Assembly (NCBI GenBank): GCA_050290185.1
Contig: JBNKHE010000001.1
Span: 162,713-226,712, forward strand
From: Pontiella sp.
GTDB taxonomy: Bacteria; Verrucomicrobiota; Kiritimatiellia; Kiritimatiellales; Pontiellaceae
DNA length: 64,000 nucleotides
Direction: 5' to 3'
Below are positions 20,013 through 29,877 of the stretch, piece after piece; the first letter of the stretch is position 1; every line of letters begins with the position of its first letter. The position numbers were made by a program, and so were the translations under genes. The notes below the pieces were generated by a model. The model saw nothing but the letters and a program-made list of their open reading frames with translations. It did no database searches and had not been told where the DNA came from.

Positions 20013-21341
20013 TCAGTTTTTTCTTCTAAGTTTGGATTGGATCTCGACCTTGGCCCATTTGAAGTGCTGGTTAAGCGGACGGTGCGACGGGCAGACATAG
20101 CTGCAGGACCCACACTCGATGCAGGCCGTTACGTTCAGTTCCTCGGCCCAGTCAAAACGCTTGTTTTCAACGGCCTGGCTGATGGTGGCCGGGAGAATGC
20201 TCATCGGGCAGACTTCCACGCATTTCCCGCAGCGGATGCACGGCTCGGAGGTAAAGAGCGAGACCTCGTCGTTGGCGATCAGTAGAATGCCGGAGGTGTT
20301 TTTCATCACCGTGACCCCCAGCGAACTTTGGGCAATTCCCATCATCGGTCCGCCGAGCAAGAGCTTGGCAGGCTGCTCATTAATGCCACCGGCCAGCTCC
20401 AGCGCCTTGGAGACCGGCGTGCCGATCCGCAAACGCCAGTTGCCCGGATGGACGACCGGTTTCCCGGTGACCGTCGTAATGCGCTCGATCGACGGACGGC
20501 CCTTGACCACGGCTTCGGCAACGGCCACGGCGGACGCAACGTTCTGCACCACGCAGTTAACATCCATCGGCAGCTTGCCGACCGGGACTTCGCGACCGGT
20601 AATGGCGTAGATCAGCTGCTTCTCGGCACCCTGCGGATAGTTGACCGGCAGAGCCTGCACCTTGACATTGTATTTATCGGCGATCCTCGACAACTCGACG
20701 ATCGCATCCGGCTTGTTGTCCTCCACACCGATCACGGCCGTATCCAAACCCAGGATGCGGGCAATGATGGCGGCACCCAGCACCACGTCCTCCGCCTGTT
20801 CCAGCATGATGCGATGGTCGGCGGTGAGATAGGGTTCGCACTCGGCGCCGTTGAGAATCAACGTATCGATCGTCTTCCCTTCCGGCGGGGAAAGTTTGAC
20901 GTGCGCCGGAAAGCCCGCACCGCCCATGCCGACCACGCCGGCATCCCAGACGCGTTGTTTGAGGTCGGCGGGGGAACAGGCTTTCCAGTCGGCGATGGGT
21001 TCGAACGGCGAGCCCCACTCATCCTCGCCATCGGACGTGATTTCGATGGCCGCAACCGCAATACCGGTGGGTCCGGGGCACTTGTCGATGGAGCTCACGG
21101 TACCGCTAGTCGGAGCATGCAGCGGCACAGAAACAAACCCACCGGCCTTTGCAAGCACGGCGCCTTTCTTCACGACGTCGCCTTTCTTCACCAGCAATTC
21201 CGGCGGTGCACCGATATTCTGGTGCATGATCACCGTGTATTTGTCGAGCAACGGCGCATCCTGGATCGCTTTGGCGGCGGAAAGCGCCTTACTGTCGTTC
21301 GGGTGTACGCCCCCTTTGAATTTGCGTGGCTTTTCACTCAT
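20013..21341 (-). CDS. rnfC: Rnf electron transport complex subunit C
   Basis: Motifs GVVGMGGAGFP, NGAECEPYLTAD, YPQGAEKQL and two 4Fe-4S motifs. Confidence 0.96.
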   Translation of the reverse strand: MSEKPRKFKGGVHPNDSKALSAAKAIQDAPLLDKYTVIMHQNIGAPPELLVKKGDVVKKGAVLAKAGGFVSVPLHAPTSGTVSSIDKCPGPTGIAVAAIEITSDGEDEWGSPFEPIADWKACSPADLKQRVWDAGVVGMGGAGFPAHVKLSPPEGKTIDTLILNGAECEPYLTADHRIMLEQAEDVVLGAAIIARILGLDTAVIGVEDNKPDAIVELSRIADKYNVKVQALPVNYPQGAEKQLIYAITGREVPVGKLPMDVNCVVQNVASAVAVAEAVVKGRPSIERITTVTGKPVVHPGNWRLRIGTPVSKALELAGGINEQPAKLLLGGPMMGIAQSSLGVTVMKNTSGILLIANDEVSLFTSEPCIRCGKCVEVCPMSILPATISQAVENKRFDWAEELNVTACIECGSCSYVCPSHRPLNQHFKWAKVEIQSKLRRKN

Positions 21342-22168
21342 TTGGAAACTCCCTGATATTCGTTGGCGGCGTGCTTGCTGGCCAGGCGTATGGCCGTGGT
21401 GGGACAGGCCGACTTTTCGACCAGCTCATCCGCAGGAGGATTTTCATAGTTGGTTCTGACGAGGAAGCCGTCGACCAGCATGTGGTCTTCTTCCCCGGAG
21501 GCCTTGACGCACTTGCGGCAGGCAATGCAGGCCGTCTTGCAGACCTGCCGTTTTGCGGCGCCCTTTTCCGGTGAGTTGCAATAGACATGTACATTGACCG
21601 TTGCCGGAACCATGACGATCAGGTTTTTCGGGCAGGTGGAAACGCAGTTTTCGCATCCGACGCACAGATCGGGATGGATGATGGCCAGTCCATCGCGGAT
21701 TTCGATCGCGCCGAAGGGACACGCATTGGCGCAGCTACCGAAACCGATGCACCCATAGTCGCACCCTTTTGCCCCACCCTGCACGACAACGGCCGAGCGG
21801 CAGTCGCGAATGCCGTTGTAGGGAGCACGGACCGTATTGGCAATGTCTCCGCTGCAGCGAACCACGGCCACCTTCTTTTCGCCCTGCTCGGCCTCGATAC
21901 CGAGATATTCGGCAATGTTCTGTACATCGCTTGTTGAACAAACGGGGCATTGGCCGGGTGCGGCATCCTCGGCCACCACCGCTTTGGCGAAAGCCGCACA
22001 CCCGGCAAAGCCACATCCACCGCAATTGGCCCCGGGAAGCAGTTCCTCCACGTTCTCAATGCGTTCGTCGATATTAACCGCAAAGACCTTGGCCACGATA
22101 CCGATAACCACACCGAGGAGTAGCCCGAGGACTCCGATCGAAATAATTGATATGAGAATAAAATTCAT
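21338..22168 (-). CDS. rnfB: Rnf electron transport complex subunit B
   Basis: N-terminal TM, LPGANCGGCGFAGC and several ferredoxin motifs. Confidence 0.94.
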   Translation of the reverse strand: MNFILISIISIGVLGLLLGVVIGIVAKVFAVNIDERIENVEELLPGANCGGCGFAGCAAFAKAVVAEDAAPGQCPVCSTSDVQNIAEYLGIEAEQGEKKVAVVRCSGDIANTVRAPYNGIRDCRSAVVVQGGAKGCDYGCIGFGSCANACPFGAIEIRDGLAIIHPDLCVGCENCVSTCPKNLIVMVPATVNVHVYCNSPEKGAAKRQVCKTACIACRKCVKASGEEDHMLVDGFLVRTNYENPPADELVEKSACPTTAIRLASKHAANEYQGVSK

Positions 22169-22177
22169 ATGTGCCCC

Positions 22178-22771
22178 TTAAACCAAACCGGAAAAGCCGA
22201 GAAATGCCATAGCGAGAATACCGGCCGTCACCAGCGAAATTGCCGTACCTTCAAACGCCTTCGGCACCTGGGCGAGGTCGAGTTTTTCACGCAGGCTGGA
22301 AAACAGCACCAACGCCAGCGCAAAGCCGACCGCGGAACAAAAACCATAGATCGTGGCGCCGTACCAGGTAGACTGGAGCGAACCGGGTGCGGACTTGGCG
22401 TTCAGCACAACGCAGCCCAGCACCGCGCAGTTGGTGGTGATCAGCGGCAGGAAAATCCCTAGGCTTTCGTACAGCTTGGAGCTCAGTTTCTGAAGCATGA
22501 TCTCCACCAGTTGCACCAGCGAGGCGATCACCACGATAAAGACCAGGGTCTGCAGGAACTCCAGCTTCATCGGAAGCAAGAGCAAATGGTTGATCAGCGA
22601 AGTCACCAGCGAAGCCAACGTCATCACGAAGATGACCGCCCCCGACATGCCCAGCGCCGTGTCCAGCTTCTTTGAAACCCCCAAAAACGGACAAATCCCC
22701 AAAAACTTCGACAAGACGAAGTTGTTGACGAGAATCGCCCCTACCGTAATTACGAGGAATTCACTCATCAT
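22178..22771 (-). CDS. rnfA: Rnf electron transport complex subunit A
   Basis: Motifs NNFVLSKFLGICPFLGVSKK and LPLITTNCAVLG. Confidence 0.95.
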   Translation of the reverse strand: MMSEFLVITVGAILVNNFVLSKFLGICPFLGVSKKLDTALGMSGAVIFVMTLASLVTSLINHLLLLPMKLEFLQTLVFIVVIASLVQLVEIMLQKLSSKLYESLGIFLPLITTNCAVLGCVVLNAKSAPGSLQSTWYGATIYGFCSAVGFALALVLFSSLREKLDLAQVPKAFEGTAISLVTAGILAMAFLGFSGLV

Positions 22772-22895
22772 AGCCTGTTCCACCCTCTCTGCCGTTAATG
22801 TCAAAAACAAAGAGATCACATTACCAGCATCACCGTGCACTTCAATCCAGTTAACGGCTACCGCCGTATTTATAATGGGTTTCAATAACGCATGC

Positions 22896-22923
22896 TTTAC
22901 ACGCGGCCACGGTCAGGTATCGT
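22896..22923 (+). promoter_or_regulatory. Sigma70-type promoter, probably leaderless
   Basis: TTTACA-N16-TATCGT-N6-ATG(22930); no SD sequence. Confidence 0.45.
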
Positions 22924-22929
22924 TAATCC

Positions 22930-23592
22930 ATGATCAAAATACGCACATTCAGAAACACCGAAACCCTGATTGCCGAGACCGCGGAACTGCTTCGCGCCAC
23001 GCTGGCCACACCCGGAAAACTGATGCTCAGCGGCGGTTCTACACCATACGTTGTCTACAACCGCCTCGCCGCCGCCCCCTGCCCCGTACATCCCGAATGC
23101 AGACTGTTCCTTAGCGACGAACGTATGGAGCCGTTCGGTTCCGACAAGAACAATGCACACAACCTGATGCCCATGCTGAAGGCGCTTGGTTGTGAAGATC
23201 AATTTATCCGGGTCGACACCGGCCTTCCCATCGCCGATGCCGCCCGCAAATTCGAAACCAACCTTCAACCGATGAAAACTATCGACCTCGGTTTCCTTGG
23301 TATGGGCGGCGACGGACATACCGCCGGCTTTTTCACCCCGGAACAAGCCAATCTCAAGGACGGCCCGCTCTCTCTGTATACCGACCGTCCCGACGGCATG
23401 CGGGGCGTCAGCGTAACCGCCGGCTTCTTCCAGCGCGTGGAACGTATCATCCTGCTGGTGACGGGTGAATCCAAGCGGGCCATCATCAATACCCTGCTCA
23501 CCGCGCCTGAAACCATCGCCGCCGGTATCGCCCTCTCCGACCACCCCAATATCGAACTCTGGACGGAAATGCACATCGACACCCCGTCTTGA
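22930..23592 (+). CDS. pgl: 6-phosphogluconolactonase (glucosamine-6-P isomerase family)
   Basis: Motifs LSGGSTP, SDER, LGMGGDGHTAG and LVTGESKR. Confidence 0.85.
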   Translation: MIKIRTFRNTETLIAETAELLRATLATPGKLMLSGGSTPYVVYNRLAAAPCPVHPECRLFLSDERMEPFGSDKNNAHNLMPMLKALGCEDQFIRVDTGLPIADAARKFETNLQPMKTIDLGFLGMGGDGHTAGFFTPEQANLKDGPLSLYTDRPDGMRGVSVTAGFFQRVERIILLVTGESKRAIINTLLTAPETIAAGIALSDHPNIELWTEMHIDTPS

Positions 23593-23698
23593 TGCCCCGC
23601 CACAATCGACACGGAATTCATCCCAAATTCAGTGTGTCGGACCGCAAACAAGCTTCCCGGCGAATCCGGGCTCCAGCGTCCTGCAATACAACGATGCC

Positions 23699-23977
23699 AT
23701 GGGCGCGCGTTTCCACCTGATGCTCGTCAATCCATCACGCAAGGAAATCATGATGTGTTCCCGGCAATTCGAGGGATACGAGAACAACATATTTTTCCGA
23801 AAGCAGAACCTCCACTATTCCTGCGGCTTCGACTCCAACACGAACTGGGATGCCGCCAACGCCTGGCTCGACGGGGCGGAGCTCCACCTCGTCGTGCGGG
23901 AAGTTCCGGGCTATTTCCACACGCCTTTTGATAGCCGGATCGGGGAGCGGCAGCCTTCAAAGAAAACACGCCCGTAG
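23699..23977 (+). CDS. Possible small hypothetical protein or gene fragment
   Basis: 92-codon ORF from ATG 23699 fills the gap with genome-like codon usage; no recognisable motif. Confidence 0.3.
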   Translation: MGARFHLMLVNPSRKEIMMCSRQFEGYENNIFFRKQNLHYSCGFDSNTNWDAANAWLDGAELHLVVREVPGYFHTPFDSRIGERQPSKKTRP

Positions 23978-23993
23978 AAACACGCACCTTTTT

Positions 23994-24022
23994 TGTAATA
24001 GCGGACAGCCGGCCGGTAAGTA
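23994..24022 (+). promoter_or_regulatory. Putative ECF-sigma promoter upstream of the SHD1-domain gene
   Basis: TGTAAT-N14-CGGTAAGTA; same spacing and same downstream 9-mer as the motif before the second ECF gene. Confidence 0.6.
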
Positions 24023-24088
24023 CGTAATGATGCCGGTTCGAAGATTCATCAACACACAACGATGGATGCAAAAACAAAGGAGATGGAA

Positions 24089-24772
24089 ATGAACACCTAC
24101 AAGCGTGCGATTACCTTTTTACTTCTGTTGCTGTCCAGCATGGGCGAGGGGGCCGAAATGCGTGTATGGACGGACAAAAAAGGAAACGTGGTCGAAGCCC
24201 GATTCATCCAGATTGCAGGAAGCAAGATTGTGCTGGAAACCAATGACGGGCGGAGGCTCATGATTCCTCCGAGTGGTCTGAGCGACGCCGATCAAACCTA
24301 TCTCGCCGAGGTGATTCCTCCTAAGCTTGATATCGATGTGGATGTGGATATCGACCGCGATAAGCAGGGGAACGGCTATTATCACGAAACCAAGTCCGAG
24401 CACATTACGTGCGAGGTCACCATAAAGAAAATCAACAAGGAAAGATGCACTCGAAAGTTCAAGGCCTACCTTTACCTTCTCGCCTCATCCACGAAAGGGG
24501 ACCGGCTTCAGATCGTGGAGATGCAGTCGCAGTCGCTTTCCTTCAAATCCAGCAAATCAGCCTCGTTTACCGCGTCCGCAACGGTTACGTCGGAAGTCGG
24601 CTATTCCTGGGAAAATGGGTTTGAGTATGAGGGATACCTGGCCTGCGTAGAGGATGACCACGGAAAGCTAATTGCTGTCAAAACCAACAAGAGTCACTAT
24701 AAAGCGCATTTGCAGAATCTAAAAAAGGGCAGCAAGGGCACAAGGTTCACGAACGATTTCGTCAAACTATAA
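24089..24772 (+). CDS. Secreted protein with an N-terminal SHD1-like domain
   Basis: Signal peptide, then RVWTDKKGNVVEARF...IP..GLS.ADQ.YL (SLA1 homology domain 1 pattern). SD AAGGAG; the start could be a nearby in-frame ATG. Confidence 0.75.
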   Translation: MNTYKRAITFLLLLLSSMGEGAEMRVWTDKKGNVVEARFIQIAGSKIVLETNDGRRLMIPPSGLSDADQTYLAEVIPPKLDIDVDVDIDRDKQGNGYYHETKSEHITCEVTIKKINKERCTRKFKAYLYLLASSTKGDRLQIVEMQSQSLSFKSSKSASFTASATVTSEVGYSWENGFEYEGYLACVEDDHGKLIAVKTNKSHYKAHLQNLKKGSKGTRFTNDFVKL

Positions 24773-24779
24773 TTACCGG

Positions 24780-24856
24780 TTTTGCCGGACGGACGTCTCC
24801 TCTCCGTCTACCGCACCGGATGCAATGCCATGCATCCGGTGCGGTCCGGCAAAAAA
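24780..24856. repeat. Nested inverted repeat, terminator-like
   Basis: Perfect 15-bp stem ACCGCACCGGATGCA/TGCATCCGGTGCGGT (24810-24845) inside an outer pair TTTTGCCGGAC/GTCCGGCAAAA. Confidence 0.65.
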
Positions 24857-24893
24857 GCTGTCAAACGACAGGAATAACGGGCAATCTGAGTCA

Positions 24894-25649
24894 ATGAAAA
24901 CCGGCACACACAACGAAAACGAGCCCACGGGTCCCCACGATATTTTTGTCACGACGCGCTGGACAATGGTGCTCAACGCCGCCGGCGGATCGGCGCCCCA
25001 GGCCGAACGCGCGCTGGAGGAGATCTGCCAGGTCTACTGGTTCCCGCTCTACGCCTACATCCGCCGGCGAGGCCACTCAGCGGAAGATGCTGAGGACCTG
25101 ACCCAGGAATTCTTTCGCCGATTGCTGGAGCACAACTGGATTGCTGACGCCGACCGGGAAAAAGGAAAACTCCGCGCGTTTCTGATTACAGCTCTGAAGC
25201 GTTTCATGGCCAAGGAATGGCGCAGGGCTTCCGCCCAGAAACGCGGGGATGGACAGCGCCTTCTTCCGCTCGACTCCTCCATTGCCGAAGGGCGCTATGC
25301 ATCCACGGTCACACCGGGCGATGATGCAGAAGCCCTCTTCGATCGGGAATGGGCACTTACCTTGCTCGACCTTACCGTTAAACACTTGGAAAACGAATAT
25401 GCAGACGGCGGCAAGGCCGAACTGTTTACCAAATTGAAAGATGGGCTCGTGATGTCGCACGAAGCCCTGAGCTATCCGTCCTTGGCGAAAGAACTCGCTA
25501 TGACCGAGGGCGCCGTCCGCGTCGCCGTCCACCGTATGCGCAAGCGCTTCCGCGAACTGTACCGGCAGGAAATCGCCCAGACCCTCCCCCCCGGCGCCGA
25601 CCTCGACGAGGAACTCCACCACCTCTCCACCAGCCTCGCACAAGAATAA
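24894..25649 (+). CDS. ECF-type RNA polymerase sigma factor, kinase-associated, copy 1
   Basis: FVTTRWT, YWFPLYAYIRRRG, AEDAEDLTQEFF (sigma2) and C-terminal HTH AVRVAVHRMRKRFRE (sigma4). Confidence 0.9.
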   Translation: MKTGTHNENEPTGPHDIFVTTRWTMVLNAAGGSAPQAERALEEICQVYWFPLYAYIRRRGHSAEDAEDLTQEFFRRLLEHNWIADADREKGKLRAFLITALKRFMAKEWRRASAQKRGDGQRLLPLDSSIAEGRYASTVTPGDDAEALFDREWALTLLDLTVKHLENEYADGGKAELFTKLKDGLVMSHEALSYPSLAKELAMTEGAVRVAVHRMRKRFRELYRQEIAQTLPPGADLDEELHHLSTSLAQE

Positions 25650-25654
25650 GTATC

Positions 25655-25718
25655 GTAGACGCGACGCCCTCGTCGCCTCCCTTGCGTACAGGAAACGTGA
25701 CGAGGGCGTCGCTTCTAC
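25655..25718. repeat. GTAG-type REP doublet
   Basis: GTAGACGCGACGCCCTCGTCGC ... GTGACGAGGGCGTCGCTTCTAC. Confidence 0.7.
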
Positions 25719-25785
25719 ATTACTGCTGATATTGCATTCCTATCCTGTACATCCTGTAAATCCCGTCTAAAATTTAACCGTTTTT

Positions 25786-25814
25786 TGTAACAGGACATTG
25801 GCCATGGGAAAGAA
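25786..25814 (+). promoter_or_regulatory. Putative ECF promoter of kinase 1
   Basis: TGTAAC-N19-AGAA-N6-ATG(25821). Confidence 0.55.
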
Positions 25815-25820
25815 GGGAGT

Positions 25821-28721
25821 ATGAATACGGATCTAAACAAGAACAGTTGCCCTCAATGCGGTGCTCCGCTTCCCCCCAAAGCCCCCGGCGACCTGTGTCC
25901 CAAATGTCTTATGCAAATGAACCTAGCCGATCCGACGCAGATGGAAGATGAAACCGGCGAAAAGGCGAAGAAATCCAAAGCCCCCTCCCCCGAGGAAATC
26001 GCCCCCCTCTTCCCGCAGCTTGAAATTCTGGATTTCATTGGCCAAGGCGGGATGGGTGCCGTCTACAAGGCACGCCAGAAAGAGCTCGACCGTATCGTCG
26101 CCCTCAAGATTCTCCCGCAGGAGATCGGCGAAACGCACGGCTTTTCCGATCGCTTTACTCGCGAGGCGCGCGCCCTGGCCAAGCTCAACCATCCCAGTAT
26201 CGTCACGCTGTATGAATTCGGCAAAGCCGATGGCCTCTTTTTCTTCCTCATGGAATACGTCGACGGCCTCAATTTACGGGGTCTCCTCCACGGTGATCGC
26301 GTCTCGCCACGTGAGGCGTTGGCCATCGTCCCGCAGATCTGCGACGCCCTCCAGTATGCCCACGACCACGGCATCGTCCACCGCGACATCAAACCCGAAA
26401 ACATTCTCCTCGACCGCCTCGGCAATGTAAAGGTGGCCGACTTCGGCCTCGCGAAGATTGTTGAAGGTAGGGACGGCTGTCCCAGCCGTCCGTCGGAGTA
26501 CCAGGAACACGTCGGAGAAGAAAACCTAACCGAAGCCGGCAAAATCATGGGCACCCCCAAGTACATGTCGCCGGAGCAGGTCGAAGCGCCGAGCACGGTC
26601 GACCACCGCTCGGACATCTACGCCCTTGGCGTCGTTTTCTACCAGATGCTCACTGGCGAAATGCCGGACGAGGAGCTACAGCCGCCCTCGAAAAAGGTCC
26701 GCATCGACGTCCGGCTCGACGAAGTCGTCCTGCGCGCGCTCGAACAACAACCCGACCTCCGCTACCAGCAGGCCAGCATCCTAAAGACCGAGGTGGAGAC
26801 GATCATGGCTGATGCCACGAAGTCAGAGGACGAAGGACAGAAGACAACAGACGGAAAACAGACTAGTACACCGCGCTTCTCGCGCACGGCCATTGTGGGT
26901 GCGTGCTGGGCAGGGGCTTCCTTGCTTGCACTCGTTGGAATGCTCATTGCCGATTTGCTCGGCATTCATTTTGTATTTGGAGGGCCGCTTTGGTGGAAGA
27001 TGATCTACATCATCTTTGTTGTTCCCTTGATGTTCGCCGCAGTTTCCTCCCCAGTTGGCACTACAACTCTCGGCTGGATCGCCGTCGCACGAATCCGCCG
27101 ATCGGCGGGAAAACTCTACGGTATAAGCTTGGCGGTGTTCGACGGGCTGCTGTTTCCTCTGATGGCCATCGACCTGTTGATATTTGGAACCCTCTGGTTC
27201 GCGACCGGACAGGCGGTACCCGAGGCATTCGGCGACACGATTGAGGCGACCTACAAAACCAACCTTTTCATGGCGGTTTGGGCAGGCGGAGCAACATTGA
27301 TTAGTGGCATCATAGATTTTTTCATCATCCGGCGGATCTGGAGAGCGGTGAACCAACCCTTGAATGAGAGCCGGAGATCTTCGACGGACTCCAGGTTCGA
27401 CGCGGAAGACGAAACACTCAGCAACACGGGGAGAACGCTTAGCCGATGGAGCCTCGGGCTTCTATTGGCGGCACTGCTCGGCACACCGCTCCTGCTGGCC
27501 CTGGCCCTGCGCGACGAATGGGGGATCGTATTTGGCGGACTCTGCGCTCTCGCTTCATTCGGCTGTGCGCTGGCCTCGTTCCGCGGCCGCATGAGCCGTT
27601 GGATCGCCGGATCGTGGGTTATCATACTGATCATGAGCGTCCTTGGTACCTTGCTCCTCCACCAGGCTCTCATTAAACGCGAACGGACGCTCGAACAAGC
27701 CGTGCGTGCGAAAGAAATCGAAGCCAGAGAAAGCCATCGCCAAAAACTCGCCGAAAGAGAAATGGATCAGCAAGCGGCAGACATCCCCGCCTCCTTCGGC
27801 CCGGTGATCGAGCGGGTGGTTGATGATGGGTCCAATGCTATCGATTTCGATACGGGCAGATTTGAGGAACTGGAACTTCCTATCTTTGTTGTCTCAAATG
27901 AAGGAGAGATGTTCGGAGGTCTAGCTGAAGGCGCTGCGTTAGTGGCTAACTGGATGATGGATCAGCGCCTCGATGCCTTTTATGAAAACAAAGAGCTATA
28001 CGGCTACAACATGGACATCCGCCCCCTGAAACCCAGCCAGTGGAACACGGTAAGCCCGTCCGGCCTGCAAGCGTTGCTCTCCACCGAGAAAACGGAACCC
28101 CAGCCCATGGTTCGCATGTCACCGAAAACCGATAACGCTGGCACCTACGCCTTTCGAACCCGCGAAGGCGGCACTGGACTCCTACAAATCGCCGGGCTAC
28201 CTAACGATCAGGACGGCGTAAAAATCCGCTACAGGCTGGTGCAAACCACCGACTCGAGGAAGTCACCAGCCGGCATGCCCACAACTGTAACCAATAGCAC
28301 CCCCTCTCCCCAGGCAATCACGCCAAGGATTGGACACATTCGACTGTTGCTGGAAATCGATGAACCGGGAAAGGAGCCGGCATCTTTTGCCATCCAGAAC
28401 AATGGTGCAGAGTGCAGGATGGAAACCATGATGCCTCCAGTGAATATCGGCGGAACGATAGTGCCGGTGACACTTAAGTTCGAGGCAACACTCACGCGAC
28501 CGGATGAAACCGGTTACTGCATCGACTATTCTTACGGCCTGCAGATTCCCGTAGTTACGCGTCCCGACGCGGCCGGCAGCCCCGGCTACGAGTACAAGAG
28601 TATCGGCACCAGGAGTTCGGTCACCATGGTGTCCGGCCAAAAGCTGGAACTGAGCAAAGGGCCGCAGCGTACTGTAACCCTTGAACTGCAACGCCTCGAC
28701 GATGAGAGCGAGAATAAATGA
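25821..28721 (+). CDS. Membrane-bound Hanks-type Ser/Thr protein kinase, copy 1
   Basis: N-terminal CPQC..CPKC, then [27 protein letters not shown] and GTPKYMSPE; about 7 hydrophobic segments; modular C-terminus. Confidence 0.95.
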   Translation: MNTDLNKNSCPQCGAPLPPKAPGDLCPKCLMQMNLADPTQMEDETGEKAKKSKAPSPEEIAPLFPQLEILDFIGQGGMGAVYKARQKELDRIVALKILPQEIGETHGFSDRFTREARALAKLNHPSIVTLYEFGKADGLFFFLMEYVDGLNLRGLLHGDRVSPREALAIVPQICDALQYAHDHGIVHRDIKPENILLDRLGNVKVADFGLAKIVEGRDGCPSRPSEYQEHVGEENLTEAGKIMGTPKYMSPEQVEAPSTVDHRSDIYALGVVFYQMLTGEMPDEELQPPSKKVRIDVRLDEVVLRALEQQPDLRYQQASILKTEVETIMADATKSEDEGQKTTDGKQTSTPRFSRTAIVGACWAGASLLALVGMLIADLLGIHFVFGGPLWWKMIYIIFVVPLMFAAVSSPVGTTTLGWIAVARIRRSAGKLYGISLAVFDGLLFPLMAIDLLIFGTLWFATGQAVPEAFGDTIEATYKTNLFMAVWAGGATLISGIIDFFIIRRIWRAVNQPLNESRRSSTDSRFDAEDETLSNTGRTLSRWSLGLLLAALLGTPLLLALALRDEWGIVFGGLCALASFGCALASFRGRMSRWIAGSWVIILIMSVLGTLLLHQALIKRERTLEQAVRAKEIEARESHRQKLAEREMDQQAADIPASFGPVIERVVDDGSNAIDFDTGRFEELELPIFVVSNEGEMFGGLAEGAALVANWMMDQRLDAFYENKELYGYNMDIRPLKPSQWNTVSPSGLQALLSTEKTEPQPMVRMSPKTDNAGTYAFRTREGGTGLLQIAGLPNDQDGVKIRYRLVQTTDSRKSPAGMPTTVTNSTPSPQAITPRIGHIRLLLEIDEPGKEPASFAIQNNGAECRMETMMPPVNIGGTIVPVTLKFEATLTRPDETGYCIDYSYGLQIPVVTRPDAAGSPGYEYKSIGTRSSVTMVSGQKLELSKGPQRTVTLELQRLDDESENK

Positions 28722-28759
28722 TACTCAGCATCTGCCGTAAAATGGAAAGGAACAGACAA

Positions 28760-29611
28760 ATGAAGACAAGATACAAAACCATCATGTTGGCGGCTATTTT
28801 CGTGATTGCCCAGTTCACCCAGCCCTCTGCCCGGGGACAGGAGGCACCACAAACATCCAATGATCTGCCGCGCGAAAATGTTCGCCTCGTGTGGACCATT
28901 GACGAAAAGGACAAGGAGCCGATAACCTTTGCCATTGTCAACAATGGACATGCATGCCGCATGGACAACCTTGCATATGCAGTGGAGATCGGCGATGACC
29001 GGCTTCCGGCGATGATGAGCATCAAAGCCGCCATCGCAAGAAAGGACATCTCGACCTATATTGTCAACTATACCTTCGGGATGCAGGTTCCCATTTCTAC
29101 GGGAGTCAGCACTGTCCCCGGAAAAATCAACGACCAAAGTAGAGTCCGCCGTATGAACTATGAATACAAGGACATCGTGACGGAAAGCACAGTATCCATG
29201 GAGCTGGGAAAATCTCTGGAGTTGATCCGCGATCCACAGCGCATCGTGACCCTCGAACTGCAGCAGGTCGAATCCCTTGAACCACAACGCGTCGACGAAG
29301 AACCGCCATCCATCGCGCCCTTCCTGGGCAATTGGGAAGCACAAGTTGGCGACATGCATCTTGTCATTCAAATTGAGAAGAACCAACGCGCCGTCCTTCT
29401 CAAAGATGACGTGGCATGGGACGCCACCTGGCAAATAGACGGCCAGAGAGTTATTCTTACACTGGAAGACGACGAAATCCTCACAGGTCGGCTGGAGGGC
29501 ACTAGTACATTGATATTCGGGGAACGAGGAATAGGGCCGCCCTTGCCCTTCCATAGGGTGTCAAAGGCGACGGGCTCGTCGGCGGAAAAGGGAGACGACC
29601 TTGAAAAATAA
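28760..29611 (+). CDS. Secreted protein: paralog of the kinase-1 C-terminal domain plus a lipocalin-like domain
   Basis: Signal peptide MKTRYKTIMLAAIFVIAQFTQPSARG; aligns by eye to the end of kinase 1; GNW...ATW beta domain. Confidence 0.75.
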   Translation: MKTRYKTIMLAAIFVIAQFTQPSARGQEAPQTSNDLPRENVRLVWTIDEKDKEPITFAIVNNGHACRMDNLAYAVEIGDDRLPAMMSIKAAIARKDISTYIVNYTFGMQVPISTGVSTVPGKINDQSRVRRMNYEYKDIVTESTVSMELGKSLELIRDPQRIVTLELQQVESLEPQRVDEEPPSIAPFLGNWEAQVGDMHLVIQIEKNQRAVLLKDDVAWDATWQIDGQRVILTLEDDEILTGRLEGTSTLIFGERGIGPPLPFHRVSKATGSSAEKGDDLEK

Positions 29612-29687
29612 GTGATTATAAGATACCCTATCGATGGGGCGGATAAATATTTGACTTCAGGTGGAGAGACCATGTCCTCATCATCCA

Positions 29688-29712
29688 CGGACAGCGGAAA
29701 CGCTGTCCCTTC
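29688..29712 (-). repeat. Single REP-like palindrome
   Basis: Minus strand GAAGGGACAGCGTTTCCGCTGTCCG; same layout as GTAGGGACGGCTGTCCCAGCCGTCCG at 26467. Confidence 0.55.
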
Positions 29713-29842
29713 ACGAAATTTTAGAAATCACAATATTTAATCGCCGGAACAATAAGGTCCGCGGAGATTGCCGATATTTCCTCGCCCGCTACCAAGTATG
29801 ATGGGCGGTACGCTTTTATAACCTCAGCTCCACCTAAAAACC

Positions 29843-29871
29843 TGTAACACCCGCCGGAAAATCGGTAAGTA
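29843..29871 (+). promoter_or_regulatory. Putative autoregulatory ECF promoter (leaderless)
   Basis: TGTAAC-N14-CGGTAAGTA-N6-ATG(29878). Confidence 0.65.
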
Positions 29872-29877
29872 TGTGGT

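Noticed and set aside
20328..21356. Long opposite-strand ORFs (for example 20328-21356, 57299-58429, 28586-29554, 48076-48930)
   Set aside because: Antisense shadows of well-supported genes, expected with GC-rich codon usage, and with no protein motifs.
28673..28678. TGTAAC near the end of kinase 1 as a promoter for the secreted protein
   Set aside because: Explained by the codons for T-V-T, and the downstream element does not match.
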